The position numbers and the translations under genes are program-made. The notes beneath the pieces were generated by a model. The model had not been told where the DNA came from, ran no database searches, and saw nothing but the letters and a program-made list of their open reading frames with translations. DNA of 64,000 bases from Macrostomum lignano (lineage: Eukaryota), in NCBI GenBank assembly GCA_002269645.1, contig NIVC01003244.1:97219-161218 (forward strand), in the 5' to 3' direction. Positions 23,901-35,794 of the stretch are shown in pieces (within the stretch, counting starts at the first letter, position 1; every line of letters begins with the position of its first letter).

Positions 23901-26900
23901 GGGCGGTGTAGCGCGGCTAGGTGACTCACCTGCCGTGGGCGCCGTGTCCGCCTCCGCGGCGGCTGGTGAGGCGGCTGGGCCTGAGCCAATGGAAACTGGC
24001 GACTCAACTCTCACCGATGAGGCTGAGAATGAGTTGCTTTTCTCCTCCCCTGGACAGTAGACATGACCGTCTCCCAGGGCATCCACTGCTTGCAGGTCAA
24101 CCTGCAGCACAGCATTGCAGCACACTGACCAATACGCGCCAGGGATTATCCTTATCCAGGAACCTTGGACGCTAAGGGGCAGGCCCCAACATGTCCCCAC
24201 CGGCTACCAGTGTTTAACCGCTGGCACCCGGGAGGGTACCTGACACCAAGATCCTGCATCATGGTGTCCAGTTCTATTAACGCATGGCTCAGATCGGACC
24301 TGTCCACCAGGGACATCTGCGTCATCCAATTTGAAGACATACTCCCTGGGAGGACTACCCTCATCGCCTCGGTTTACCTACCGGGCGACGGCGAGATGAT
24401 CCCAGGGGAGCTTGTCACATTGGTCGAGCTCTGCTCCACCAGAAATTATGAGCTGCTTGTGGCAGGCGATATCAACGCCCACCATACCCACTGGGGCAGT
24501 TCTGATATTAACCAGAGAGGTGAAGACTTCCTGGTTTATATTGCTACTACAACCCTTGAGTTCTGTAACTCGGGTAGTACCCCTACCTTCAATAACGGAC
24601 GCCGATCGGAGGTGCTGGATGCCACCCTCGCCACGCCCAGGCTCTTCCTGAGCACTAGGGAGTGGCGGGTGCTTCCTGAGGCGTCCCTCTCCGATCACAA
24701 GTTCATCTCTTTCACGCTGGCCAGCGCTCGAAACGCAGGCCAGCTTTACTGGAAACGGAATGCTAGGAATACTGACTGGACCGCCTTCAGGCTTGCCCTG
24801 GAGGAGACCTATCGTTGCACTAGCGCTCCAGTCTCCATCAACACCTGCGAGGAAGCAGATGATTTTGCGGCCGCACTTACGGACTCGCTCACTGCTGCCT
24901 TCGAAGCCTCATGCCCACTAAAGGCATATAAAGGCAAACAGTCGGCCCCATGGTGGAACCCGCAGCTTGGCGACCTCCGTCGCAGAGCCAAAAGGCTTCA
25001 CCGCAGGGCCCAAAAAACTAAAAACCCGGCCGACCAAACCGCCTACCTGAACTCTATCCACGAGTTCAAGAGGCAGGTTAGGAACGCCAAAACCAACAAG
25101 TGGCGCGAATACTGTGAGGAACTTGAGGGCTCCCGCCCCACCTCCAGAATTGTTAAAGCCCTCACCCTGGACAAAATGTCCAAACTCTCCTCAGTCAAGA
25201 GAGCCGACGGCTCGCTCACTGAGAACCCAGGAGAAACACTGGAAGCGATGCTAACAGCGTTTTTGCCGAACGAGCCAGCCAGGCCCGACCCCCCTGACCA
25301 CTCAGTGGGCGGTCACGTACTGACTGACTCAATCATCACGGAGGACCGCGTTACTAAAGCAGTCTCCTCCTTCAAACCCTTCAAATCCCCAGGACCGGAC
25401 GGCGTTGTGCCAGCCTTCCTGCGGTAGGCGGTGAAATGCACCGGTTTCCTGCGGAACCTTTGCCGGCTTCTGAAAGCTTGCATTGCTCTCGGCTTTGTTC
25501 CGAAACCCTGGACCGAGGCCAAGGTGGTTTTTATCCCCAAGCCCGGCCGACCGGACTACCGGCCCATTAAATCCTTCAGACCAATTAGCCTCACCTCCTC
25601 ACTGGTGAAGCTGTTAGAGAGACTGGTGCTCTGGCGCCTCCTCTCTGTGGAACTGAAGAACAAGCCGCTCAATGAGAACCAGCACGCCTTTCGGGCAGGC
25701 AGGTCCACGGAGAGCGCGCTTCATGTCTTGGTCGACGTGCTGGAGAAAGCCGTTCTTGGCAATGGCTACGCTCTCGCTGTCTTCATCGACATTGTTGGAG
25801 CCTTCGATAGTGTCCTCTTTGAGGCTTTCGACAGAGCTCTACGTGCTAGAGGAACCCACTCGCACCTCACCCGGTGGATCATGTATATGATCAGCCACAG
25901 TACTGCCACCGCACACCTGCTGGGCCACCAACGGACGGTAACCGTCTGCAAAGGCAACCCCCAGGGCGGTGTCCTCTTTCCAGTCCTCTGGAACATGGTC
26001 ATCGATGAGCTCCTCCAGGACAGCCATCTTGACCCCATTCTTAAGGTCGGTTACGCCGATGATGTCACAGCCGTGGCATCCGGTCCGTCACCTGAAACCC
26101 TTAGGGACCTTCTGCAAAACTTTATTCGCTCTGCTGAACAATGGGCGGACAGGTGCGGCCTCAGGCTCTCTGAGACCAAAACTGTCGCGATCATATTCAC
26201 CAGCAGGGTTAACTGGCGTATTCGCCCACTAAAGCTTTACGGGGTGGAAATCCCATCCTGCAAGCAAGCCAAGTGTCTCGGCGTTACGCTGGACCACCGG
26301 CTGAGCTGGTCCACCCACGTCCAGGCCAAAACCAAAAAAGCCCTCGCGATTCTTGCGCAGCTGCGCAGAGCCGTCGGCACCACCTGGGGCCTCACCCCAA
26401 AACGGCTCTGGTGGATCTATACCGCAATGGTCCGACCGGCCGTCACTTACGCCGGCCTGGTCTGGACCAGCGCCTTGCAGATTAAAACCTTCCACGAAGC
26501 CCTCAAAAAGGTGCAGGGACGCGCGTGCCGCATGATCGTGAATGCCCCGCTCTCTGCTCCCTTTGACGGCCTCAACGCCTTTCTTTGCCTCCCGCCTCTG
26601 GACATTTTTGTCCGTCGCGAGGCTGCTAAAACCACCCGCCGGCTCATCGAGGCTGGCGTTAGCTTCAAGCCACAAAGAGCGATGGCGAAGCGCAAGCTCC
26701 TGCCGCACTCTGACCTGAGCCTTAAAGTTCTGGAGGAGAGTGGGAATGCGGCTGTCCTTTCGGACGCTGAGTCGCGCTCCCTCAATCTCTACCAACGCTT
26801 CAAGGTCACTATCCCCTCTAGGGAGAACGCCAACGACAGCTGGGCCCCTCTGGAGGTTCACTGCTTTACTGACGGATCCTCCAAAGACGATCTATCCGGC

Positions 26901-29900
26901 TTTGGAGTCTGTATCCTTATCAATGGCCGCGTGATCGCTACTCACGCCCAACACACTGGCAGACTCTCCAGCGTCTTCCAAAACGAAGTCTTTGCCATCA
27001 GCTCCTGTGCAGCTGAGCTCCACTGCAGGGAGTTCAAGGACAGAAGAATCTTCTTCCACTCTGACAGCCAGGCCGATTTGCAGGCCCTGTGTCACACCAC
27101 TACGAACTCCCGAACAGTCCGCGACTGTATCGGGCAGCTCAACAAGCTGGCTCGGAGGAACACCGTCCGGCTTACGTGGATCCCAGGACACGCCGGCTTC
27201 AAAGGTAACGAGCTCGCCGACTCCCTCGCTAAGGCAGGCTGTTCCGGCTCGCCCCTTGGCCCCGTGCCCCTGGCCCCCATCCCCGCCACTGTCATTAATC
27301 GTCAGATTAACGACTGGGCGGACATCCTGCACTTGCGCAGATGGGATGGTATCTCCAACTGCCGCCAATCCCGTGCGGCAGTGCCCAATCCGTCCCTCAA
27401 GCTGCGGAGAATCCTTTTGAACCAAAATCGAAAAGATATCCGCGCTCTCACTATGACCTTCACAGGTCACGGTTGCTTTGCCAGGCACTGTTTCCTCCGA
27501 AGTGCCCGCCGGAGCGAACTCTGCCCTTTCTGCAACCTCGAGAACGAAGACGCCAAGCACTTCGTCTGCTACTGCCCGGCCTTCAACCGAGACCGGCTCA
27601 AACACCTCGGGCCCAACCCGTCCCTGAACATCCCACAGCTCATCCGGTTCCTCCAGGCCACCAAGCGAGCCTCCGTCTTCCCCACCGAAGACAACGCTGC
27701 AGACAGGACTGGCAGACCTCCCTGACCGGCCCCGCGCCCTAGCCTATGCGGGTCTTTCAGGGATTAGCGGAATGGGCGACGCTCGCCTCCCCGCTGCGTC
27801 TTCGGACCGCCCTGCAGCTAAGTCAAGTAAGTCAAAAGACAGTCGTCTTTTGTCCCACTCTGACAGTCGTCTTTTGTCCCACTCTGACAGTCATCTTTTG
27901 TCCCACTCTGACTGTCGTCTTTTGTCCCACTCTGACAGTCATCTTTTGTCCCACTCTGACTGTCGTCTTTTGTCCCACTCTGACAGTCATCTTTTGTCCC
28001 ACTCTGACAGTCATCTTTTGACGCCACTCTGACAGTCGTCTTTTGGCGCCACTCTGACAGTCATCTTTTGTCCCACTCTGACAGTCGTATTTTGGCGCCA
28101 CTCTGACAGTCGTCTTTTGACGCCACTCTGACAGTCGTCTTTTGTCCCACTCTGACAGTCGTATTTTGACGCCACTCTGACAGTCATCTTTTGACGCCAC
28201 TCTGACAGTCGTCTTTTGTCCCACTCTGACAGTCGTCTTTTGACGCCACTTTGACAGTCGTCATTTGGCGCCACTCTCACACACGTCTTTTGGCGCCACT
28301 CTGACACATGTCTTTTGGCGCCACTCTGACACACGTCTTTTGGCGCCACTCTGACACACGTCTTTTGGCGCCACTCGATTTTTGGCGCCTCCCTCATTAT
28401 CTCTCTACTGCGTCTCTGCCTCCCTTGGCGCTTTAACCCTTACTGACACTAACAAAAGAAAACGGTTCGGATAGTACGGCGCTTTTATTGACATTCAATT
28501 TGGCGCCATTTTTGGCATTTAATTCGGCGCCATTGTTGACATTTAATGTAACGCCATAGCTGACATCTAGTTTGGCGCTATTTTTGAAATTCTATTTGGC
28601 GTCATTGCTGACACTAATTTCTGCCGTATGTGACCCTTATCCCAGGTCCCGAATGACTTACCGGTGGTGTCTCCGGGGCTGTGACGCCCTGGCCCGGTGT
28701 CGCTGTCCTCAACGGCATCGTCTCGGAATTCGCGCCGCGAGAAGCTGCCACCGGCAGAGGCGCCCTGGCGCCCGATTGGCGCCGTCTGCGCCACCTGAGC
28801 GCCCGTCTCCGGGTGCTGCTGCTCCGAGGATTAAAAAATGAATAGTTTCATTTTAGATAGTGATTTCTAATTAAAAAACTTGGTAATACTAGAAATCTCA
28901 TCATTTAATGATTGGATATAGAAAATCTGGTCATTGCATGACTTTAAATTGGAAACCTCTGGTCATTCTGCATGCATGACTCTAGATTAGAAATTTATTC
29001 TTTGTATGACTCTAGATTGAAAATCTGGTCATTTTATGACTCTAGATTGAAAATCTGGTCATTTTATGACTCTAGATTGAAGCTCTGGTCATTGTATGAC
29101 TCTAGATTGAAAATCTGGTCATTTTATGACTCTAGATTGAAGCTCTGGTCTATCTATGACTCTAGATGGAAAATCTGGTCATTTTATGACTCTTTATTGA
29201 AAATCTGGTCCATCTATCACTCTAGATGGAAAATCTGGTCATTTTATGACTCTTTATTGAAAATCTGGTCCATCTATCACTCTAGATGGAAAATCTGGTC
29301 ATTTTATGACTCTAGTCTGAAAATCTGGTCATTTTATAACTCTAGATTGAAAAAAAATATCGAAAGTTAATACTATATCGACTATACATTTACTATACTG
29401 TCTCCATATGTATGACATGCTGAAAAATCCAAAGCGCTGATAATTATTAGTCACTCAGCAAAGTTCGTCGTAATCACAGTCTATTCTCAGTAGACTTATA
29501 CATAGCTCTGGAATCAAGATTTTCCTCCATTTGACTGACAAGGGCTATAGCCAACCTGTCAGACACCATCACCTATAGGTCTTGACTGATGGCCACTGCA
29601 TGAGTTTAAATAGTCGCGGATAGACTACTCGCATGGGGTGCATCCAGCTGAGGGTTCAGGGGCCGCCCAAACCCATGTTGATATGCAGCATCGGCGTCCC
29701 GACTCCCGTCCTTGAAATGGTGACAATAAACAAGACAAAAGTACATCTATATAGCGCCTCATGGTGCTGGCGCCTCATGGTGCTGGCGTCTCATGGTGCT
29801 GGCGCCTCTAATGCTGGCGCCTCTAATGCTGGCACCTCATGGTGCTGGCGCCTCATGGTGCTGGCGCCTCTAATGCTGGCGCCTCATGGTACTGGCGCCT

Positions 29901-31746
29901 CTAATGCTGGCGCCTCATGGTGCTGGCGCCTCTAATGCTGGCGCCTCATGGTACTGGCGCCTCATGGTGCTGGCGCCTCTAATGCTGGCGCCTCATGGTG
30001 CTGGCGCCTCTAATTCTGGCGCCTCTAATGCTGGCGCCTCACGGTGCTGGCGTTACTTGAATAAAATGGCGCCTTCAAGGGGGCGCCAACCTTCCCCCCT
30101 AATACATGTAGAACCCTCGCAGCGAGATGTCAGATGAAGAGGAGAGACAGGAACTAAGGCGGCAGCTATGAGTTGTTGCACTGCACTGACTGTCAAGGGA
30201 CACAAAAAAGTGCGAAGAGTCACGCACGCAGAAACTCTCCCTAGGCCTAGGAGCCCCATCGTGTTGTGCAGCCCCCAAGGACTCTGAATGCCAGCCGTCA
30301 GGAGGGTCACTCAGCCATGCGGGACTGGCTGTCACTTTCTCTCATATGCAAGGCCTCTAGCAGCAGGCAGTGCGAGAGGGAAGTGGGATTGGAAATCAAA
30401 TTACAGAGGCTCCAGGGCTAGACGGCATCCTGACAGCAGTGACAGCTGATGGGGGAGAGGGTGAATGTCGCTGCCTCTGCACTCTCCCTGCGGCTCTGGA
30501 GTGTCGCTAAAGCCGGCGGCACTCCACTGAATTTGCACTGCGCGAATTGGCACTTGGGAAATATGATTACGGTATGATGCAGTTTGGATGCTGGGAATAA
30601 TAGCACTTGCTAATTAGGATTATTAGATGAAAATATTGTGGATGGATGGGTGGGGGATGAATGGGTGGATGGATGGGTGAATGGTTGGGTGGGGGGTGGG
30701 TGGACGGGTGAATGGTGGGCGGATGGATGGGTGGTAGATGGATGGGTGGGGGATGGAGGGGTGAATTGATGGATGGATGGGTGGATGGATGGGTGGGTGG
30801 GGGATAGATGGATGGATGGATGGATGGATGGATGGATGGATGGATGGGTGGATGGGTGGGGGATGGATGGATGGATGGATGGATGGATGGATGGATGGAT
30901 GGGTGGATGGGTGGGGGATGGATGGATGGATGGATGGATGGATGGATGGATGGGTGGGTGGGGGATGGATGGATGGATGGATGGATGGATGGATGGATGG
31001 ATGGATGGATGGGTGGATGGGTGGGGGATGGATGGATGGATGGATGGATGGATGGGTGGATGGGTGGGGGATGGATGGATGGATGGATGGATGGATGGAT
31101 GGATGGATGGGTGGGTGGATGGGTGGGTAGATGGGTGGATGGATGGGTGGGTGGATGGATGGATGGATGGATGGATGGATGGATGGATGGGTGGGTGGAT
31201 GGGTGGGTAGATGGGTGGATGGATGGGTGGGTGGATGGATGGATGGATGGATGGATGGATGGATGGATGGATGGGTGGGTGGATGGGTGGGTAGATGGGT
31301 GGATGGATGGGTGGGTGGATGGGTGGGTGGATGGATGGATGGATGGATGGATGGATGGGTGGATGGGTGGGGGGATGGATGGATGGGTGGATGGGTGGGT
31401 AGATGGGTGGGTGGAAGGATGGATGGGTGGATGGGTGGGTAGATGGGTGGGTGGAAGGATGGATGGGTGGATGGATGGGTAGATGGATGGCTGGATGAGG
31501 TGGATAGATGCGCAGCCATGAAGACAGATCGGCACATGGACAGATGAGGCAGCTACACAGACCCCAGCTCACCGCAGCATAGTAGTTGGCCCGGCTGTCG
31601 GATTTAGTCAGGGAGAGCCGCTCCTCTCCTATAGCAAACAGAGTCTCCAGCTGGTTAGGGAAAAATATCCTCAAGATGATGTAGGCCAGCAGGGCAATCA
31701 CAATCACAGTGAGCAGTGAGATCACAACGGCGGCCCAGGGCTGCAT
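17972..31746 (-). CDS. SYT12: Synaptotagmin-12-like (N-terminal TM, C2A, C2B; 7 coding exons)
   Basis: Exons 31746-31573, 28818(or 28815)-28662, 20931-20657, 20215-20003, 19903-19780, 18999-18866 and 18145-17972. All are GT-AG with consistent phases (0,1,0,0,1,0). Motifs [43 protein letters not shown] and GHVIIG...[20 protein letters not shown] match SYT12 as recalled. Confidence 0.9.
18175..18655. repeat. Pyrimidine-rich 12-bp repeat (CTCTCCCTC(C/T)GT)n, SYT12 intron 6
   Basis: Direct periodicity abutting the exon 7 acceptor. Confidence 0.9.
19040..19520. repeat. 41-bp minisatellite (GGAGGGGAATCTCTGGAGGGCGGCGGTACATCAAAGGGATT), SYT12 intron 5
   Basis: About 11 variably degenerate units. Confidence 0.9.
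20390..20635. repeat. Degenerate ATAGATCTAGACTCTAAT repeat, SYT12 intron 3
   Basis: Recurrent AGATCTAG palindromic cores. Confidence 0.75.
20991..21737. repeat. 24/25-bp minisatellite (CTCTGACAGTCGTCTTTTGTCCCA / ...TTTTGGCGCCA), left part, SYT12 intron 2
   Basis: Direct periodicity; interrupted by LINE copy 2. Confidence 0.95.
22227..24060 (+). pseudogene. LINE copy 2 ORF1 (DUF4780-like), with a nonsense codon and a MITE insertion
   Basis: ATG at 22227. In-frame TAG at 22413-22415, then the frame continues into ORF 22491-23720. After removing the MITE and correcting the G10 run (23589-23598) it ends [25 protein letters not shown] (TAG 24058-24060), which resembles the copy 1 C-terminus. Confidence 0.75.
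23602..23898. mobile_element. hAT-type MITE (297 bp) nested in LINE copy 2 ORF1
   Basis: Perfect 14-bp TIRs CATACATGCGCAAC / GTTGCGCATGTATG. Perfect 8-bp TSD GGGGGCGG (23594-23601 and 23899-23906). Subterminal GGCCGA and GTCGCATTTT repeats. Confidence 0.9.
24063..27725 (+). pseudogene. LINE copy 2 ORF2: APE endonuclease, reverse transcriptase, RNase H, CCHC finger
   Basis: [94 protein letters not shown]...H....C. Lesion near the 5' end and an in-frame TAG at 25425-25427. Confidence 0.95.
27838..28375. repeat. 24/25-bp minisatellite, right part
   Basis: Same units as 20991-21737, degenerating towards 28375. Confidence 0.95.
28960..29350. repeat. 30-bp minisatellite (GACTCTAGATTGAAAATCTGGTCATTTTAT), SYT12 intron 1
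   Basis: About 13 units. Confidence 0.95.
29755..30050. repeat. 15-bp minisatellite (GGCGCCTCATGGTGCT/GGCGCCTCTAATGCT-type), SYT12 intron 1
   Basis: Two alternating unit variants. Confidence 0.9.
30640..31505. repeat. (GGAT)n/(GGGT)n compound microsatellite, SYT12 intron 1
   Basis: Direct; it produces the spurious HPSI and MDGW ORFs. Confidence 0.97.
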
Positions 31747-32777
31747 TATTTAATCAGTCAAAGCTCAATAGCAGCTATAGAAGCCAAACTCTGCCTTTAG
31801 AAGCAACAGCTTGGATCGCCAAAATGCGTCGACAGCATAAGAGGGGGGGTGTGTGAGAAGTCTACTTTAAAAAACTGGACCTATTCCATCCGCGTACCCA
31901 CCGGTCCTTTCTCCTCCTCTGTTCTCTACCCCCGGTCCATCTGTTCCCCTCATCAGCTCTTTCAGACTTCCCCTAGCTCAGCTATCCCAGCTATGTCTGC
32001 CCGCCTGTCTCACGAACTGCATAACGGCTTGGGGAGAGATGGGAGCAGCTGGGAAGTGTACTTCTACTCCCCTACAGTAGAAGGGAGAGAAGAAAATTTG
32101 GGATGGCACTCCAGGGATGCTGCAAAGAACGAGCTCTTTTTTCTCCCTATTTCGTCCCCAACCAACCCCCCCATAGCAACTAGCCAATGGGAGTCTTAGA
32201 TATGATGATGCTGAATTACACCCCGGCTACAGCTATAGATATAGAAGATATCCAATACATAGATCCCAGCGATAGATTATATTTGATATTAAATAGCCAG
32301 CATAAAATTTTCCGGCAGAGAGGAAGGCAGAGACTGAGAAGAGTACATGCGAGTGAGTGAGTGAGTACACACACACCCCCAAAGCTAGAGCATAACGTGG
32401 AGAGAGAGACAGGGAATTTGGGACTCCCAACTATGAAATACTGGCTGCAGTTACTGGGCGGACAACAACTGGTCTCTGCAGATGCTCCCATCAGACCCGC
32501 ATCAGCCCCCAACAGACCCTGATCCGCCCTTCTCCCAAAGCCGCGGCCTTATTCAGCTAAGCAATCAATACTAATTAATTTATATGGCTTCCTGGCTCGG
32601 CTCATTTCGCTATTCCAGGTGAATAAAGTACAGAGATAAGAGAGATTTGGGGCTGGGTTCACCTGCTCCACCTGTGCTGTGTGCCAAAAGGAATTCCGCG
32701 TCAAGTTCTTTATCTGAGCTCTGGCCTGCTAAGAGGGAGGCTGGTGGCCGAGCAACTGAAGATTTGGGGGGGGGGGT

Positions 32778-33032
32778 TAGCCCAGCAACTGAGGATCTGG
32801 GAGGCTGATGGCCCAGCAACTGAGGATCTGAGAGGCTGATGGCCCAGCAACTGAGGATCTGAGAGGCTGATGGCCCAGCAACTGAGGATCTGGGAGGCTG
32901 GCCCAGCAACTGAGGATCTGGGAGGCTGGCCCAGCAACTGAGGATCTGGGAGACTGATGGCCCAGCAACTGAGGATCTGGGAGGCTGGCCCAGCAACTGA
33001 GGATCTGAGAGGCTGGTGACCCAGCAACTGAG
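32778..33032. repeat. 28/31-bp minisatellite (GGCCCAGCAACTGAGGATCTGGGAGGCT[GAT])
   Basis: About 8 units. Confidence 0.92.
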
Positions 33033-33514
33033 ATCTGGAAATGTAATTTCAATGAAAAGACAAGTAAATAAAAAACTCGATTAAGTTCTTGAGCGTGAAG
33101 AAGTCAGGTTAAAATTAAGCTACACCAGGCAAAAGCCAACATATAGTGGCGGTAAATTCTGAAACAAGCTTTTATTTATGATATACATTTAATAAACAAA
33201 CAGATTGGTAGTTGAAAAACAAACAAGCAAAATCATGCATTCAATTTCGTTTTACAAAAAATCATTTAAAAAAACTGGTTTTGCTACTACTTACAGTAGC
33301 TTAACAGCATCAGGTTTGCATGGAATTAGACGCAAATTGCAGAATGTAATATAAAATACTATTTGATTTACAAACACTGCATGCCTTCTCTGCATTTTTC
33401 GGGGCGATCTTTTTACTGTGTGAATACGGCTGGTAAGCCAAAACTGTTGAGAATAGTAGATGAAATAAACATTCAACTGAATCAACTGGGGTTCTTTCGG
33501 AAGATCGAGCGAAA

Positions 33515-33595
33515 CATACACACACAGACAGAAAAACAAACAGACACACACACAGACAGACATAGGCAGGCAGACAGACAGACAGACAGACAGAC

Positions 33596-33632
<37 letters not shown>

Positions 33633-33653
33633 CACACAGACAGACAGACAGAC

Positions 33654-33708
<55 letters not shown>

Positions 33709-33715
33709 TACAGAG

Positions 33716-33795
<80 letters not shown>
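33515..33795. repeat. (CAGA)n microsatellite
   Basis: Direct. Confidence 0.97.
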
Positions 33796-34589
33796 AACAA
33801 TATTGCCGCTGGCTGTACTCCCTAAAAATGTAGTGGGTTATTAATCATACTACTGAGTGAAAGGCGCCAGTAGTATTATTAGAGAGAATTGTAACGAATA
33901 CAAGTCGTTATATTGTAATATTTGCAGTACACGGAACAGCTGTGAGCACAGTGGATATAACATAGATTAAAACATGCAGTAAAACTGAAGTAACAAAACT
34001 TTTAGATAATAAAACTTACTAATTAAAGTTACAAGCTATTAGCTAAAAAAGTTCAGGAAACCAACTGTATTATTAAACTCAAATTATTACAAAATTGTCT
34101 AATAAACAATATGTGTAGGTGTTTGTTTATTAATTTATTTCTGACGCATAGGATATCGATGTATTTAAGATTTTAACGACGGCTGGGTTTACGAAAAGAA
34201 CTTTAGCAATGCACTTTTCAAGACAATTTCCGTTATAGAACTTTATACTGTTAAATCATTATTGATACATTTTATTGTGAAACTGAGCTCATTGAAAAGC
34301 ATATTGTTACAATAATACTTACACAAATGTATGCATCTCAATACGATAAAACATGATAAAATATACTTGATAGGTCAAAAATTTTAACACGCTACAAATC
34401 ATCTTCCGTTTACATGCAAGCACGCGAAGTTGGGCTATATTATTGCATCACTGAGTGTTTTATGATCAAGAGATACTAAACAAATTGATTTTATTATAAA
34501 AAGTCAATAATAAAAATTGATCATTTTAATAGCCACGAGAGAAGAAAGGAATTCCTTTGAAAATAAAAAAGATCAAGGGAAAAAGGAAA

Positions 34590-35445
34590 GGACGAAAAGA
34601 GGGGAAAAAGGCGACAGAGGGGAAAAGCGGAAAGAGGGGAAAAGGGGGAAAGAGGGGAGGAGGGGAAATGGGGGAAGAGGAGAACAGGGGGAAAGAGGGG
34701 AAAAGGGGGAAAGAGGGGAGGAGGGGAAATGGGGGAAGAGGGGAGGAGGGGAAAAGGGGAAGAGGGGAGGAGGGGAAATGGGGGAAGAGGGGAACAGGGG
34801 GAAAGAGGGGAAAAGGGGGAAGAGGGGAGGAGGGGAAATGGGGGAAGAGGGGAACAGGGGGAAAGAGGGGAAAAGGGGGAAGAGGGGAGGAGGGGAAATG
34901 GGGGAAGAGGGGAACAGGGGGAAGAGGGGAGGAGGGGGAAGAGGGGAGGAGGGGAAATGGGGGAAGAGGGGAACAGGGGGAAAGAGGGGAAAAGGGGGAA
35001 GAGGGGAGGAGGGGAAATGGGGGAAGAGGGGAACAGGGGGAAAGAGGGAAAAGGGGGAAGAGGGGAGGAGGGGAAATGGGGGAAGAGGGGAACAGGGGAA
35101 AAGGGGGAAGAGGGGAGGAGGGGAAATGGGGAAGAGGGGAGGAGGGGAAAAGGGGGAAGAGGGGAGGAGGGGAAATGGGGGAAGAGGGGAACAGGGGGAG
35201 AGGGAACAGAGGGGGAGGGAAAAGAGGGAGAGTGGAAAAGAGGGGAAAGAGGGGGGAAAGAGGGGAGAGGGAAAAGAGGGGAGAGGGGAAAAGAGGGGAG
35301 GGGAGAGGGAAAAGAGGGGAAAGAGGGGGAAAAGAGGGGAGAGGGAAAAGAGGGAAGAGGGGAAAGAGGGGAAAAGAGGGGAGAGGAGAAAGAGGGGGAA
35401 AGGCGGGAGAGGAGAAAAAGGAAATGGGTAAAAGTGGAAAAGGGC
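34590..35445. repeat. Polypurine (G/A) low-complexity tract with internal repeated blocks
   Basis: Almost pure A/G with recurrent GGGGAGGAGGGGAAATGGGGGAAGAGGGGAACAGGGGG blocks. Confidence 0.95.
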
Positions 35446-35794
35446 AATAATAGTAAGTTACTGACCAACAAGTTTCATAACTCCTTCAATAATGATATAA
35501 GAAGAACGAGGCCCATTATATCAACATGTATATTTGATTATTTAACGATCCAGGCAGACAGAAAATGAAAATCTCTGGACTCGTAAATGTATAGCAGGAG
35601 AAAAATTCAGAGTACACACAATACTTTACATTCTACATGTTACTCTGCAACAAGGCAGGTGCTAAAAAACCTTAAAAAGCAAGTTTTTACCCAGGTTAAA
35701 AACAATGCACAATAGAATTAGAAGAGAAATAAATTATTATTAATTAATGAAAATAGATAAGCAATAAAAATCGATAATTGATTTATTAATTCGC

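Larger units (their letters stand above)
21738..27837 (+). mobile_element. Full-length LOA/R1-like non-LTR retrotransposon (copy 2), antisense inside SYT12 intron 2
   Basis: 13-bp TSD GACAGTCGTCTTT at 21725-21737 and 27838-27850. Same 5' UTR and CTAAGTCAAGTAAGTCAA tail as copy 1. ORF1 and ORF2 are largely intact. Confidence 0.96.

Noticed and set aside
29620-29715. Extra SYT12 exon (acceptor TTTCAAG|GACGGG...)
   Set aside because: It has no phase-0 donor before a stop codon, so it cannot join the next exon in frame.
34517-35568. Collagen-like Gly/Lys/Glu ORFs
   Set aside because: They are by-products of a polypurine tract, open in several frames, with no Gly-X-Y register or signal peptide.
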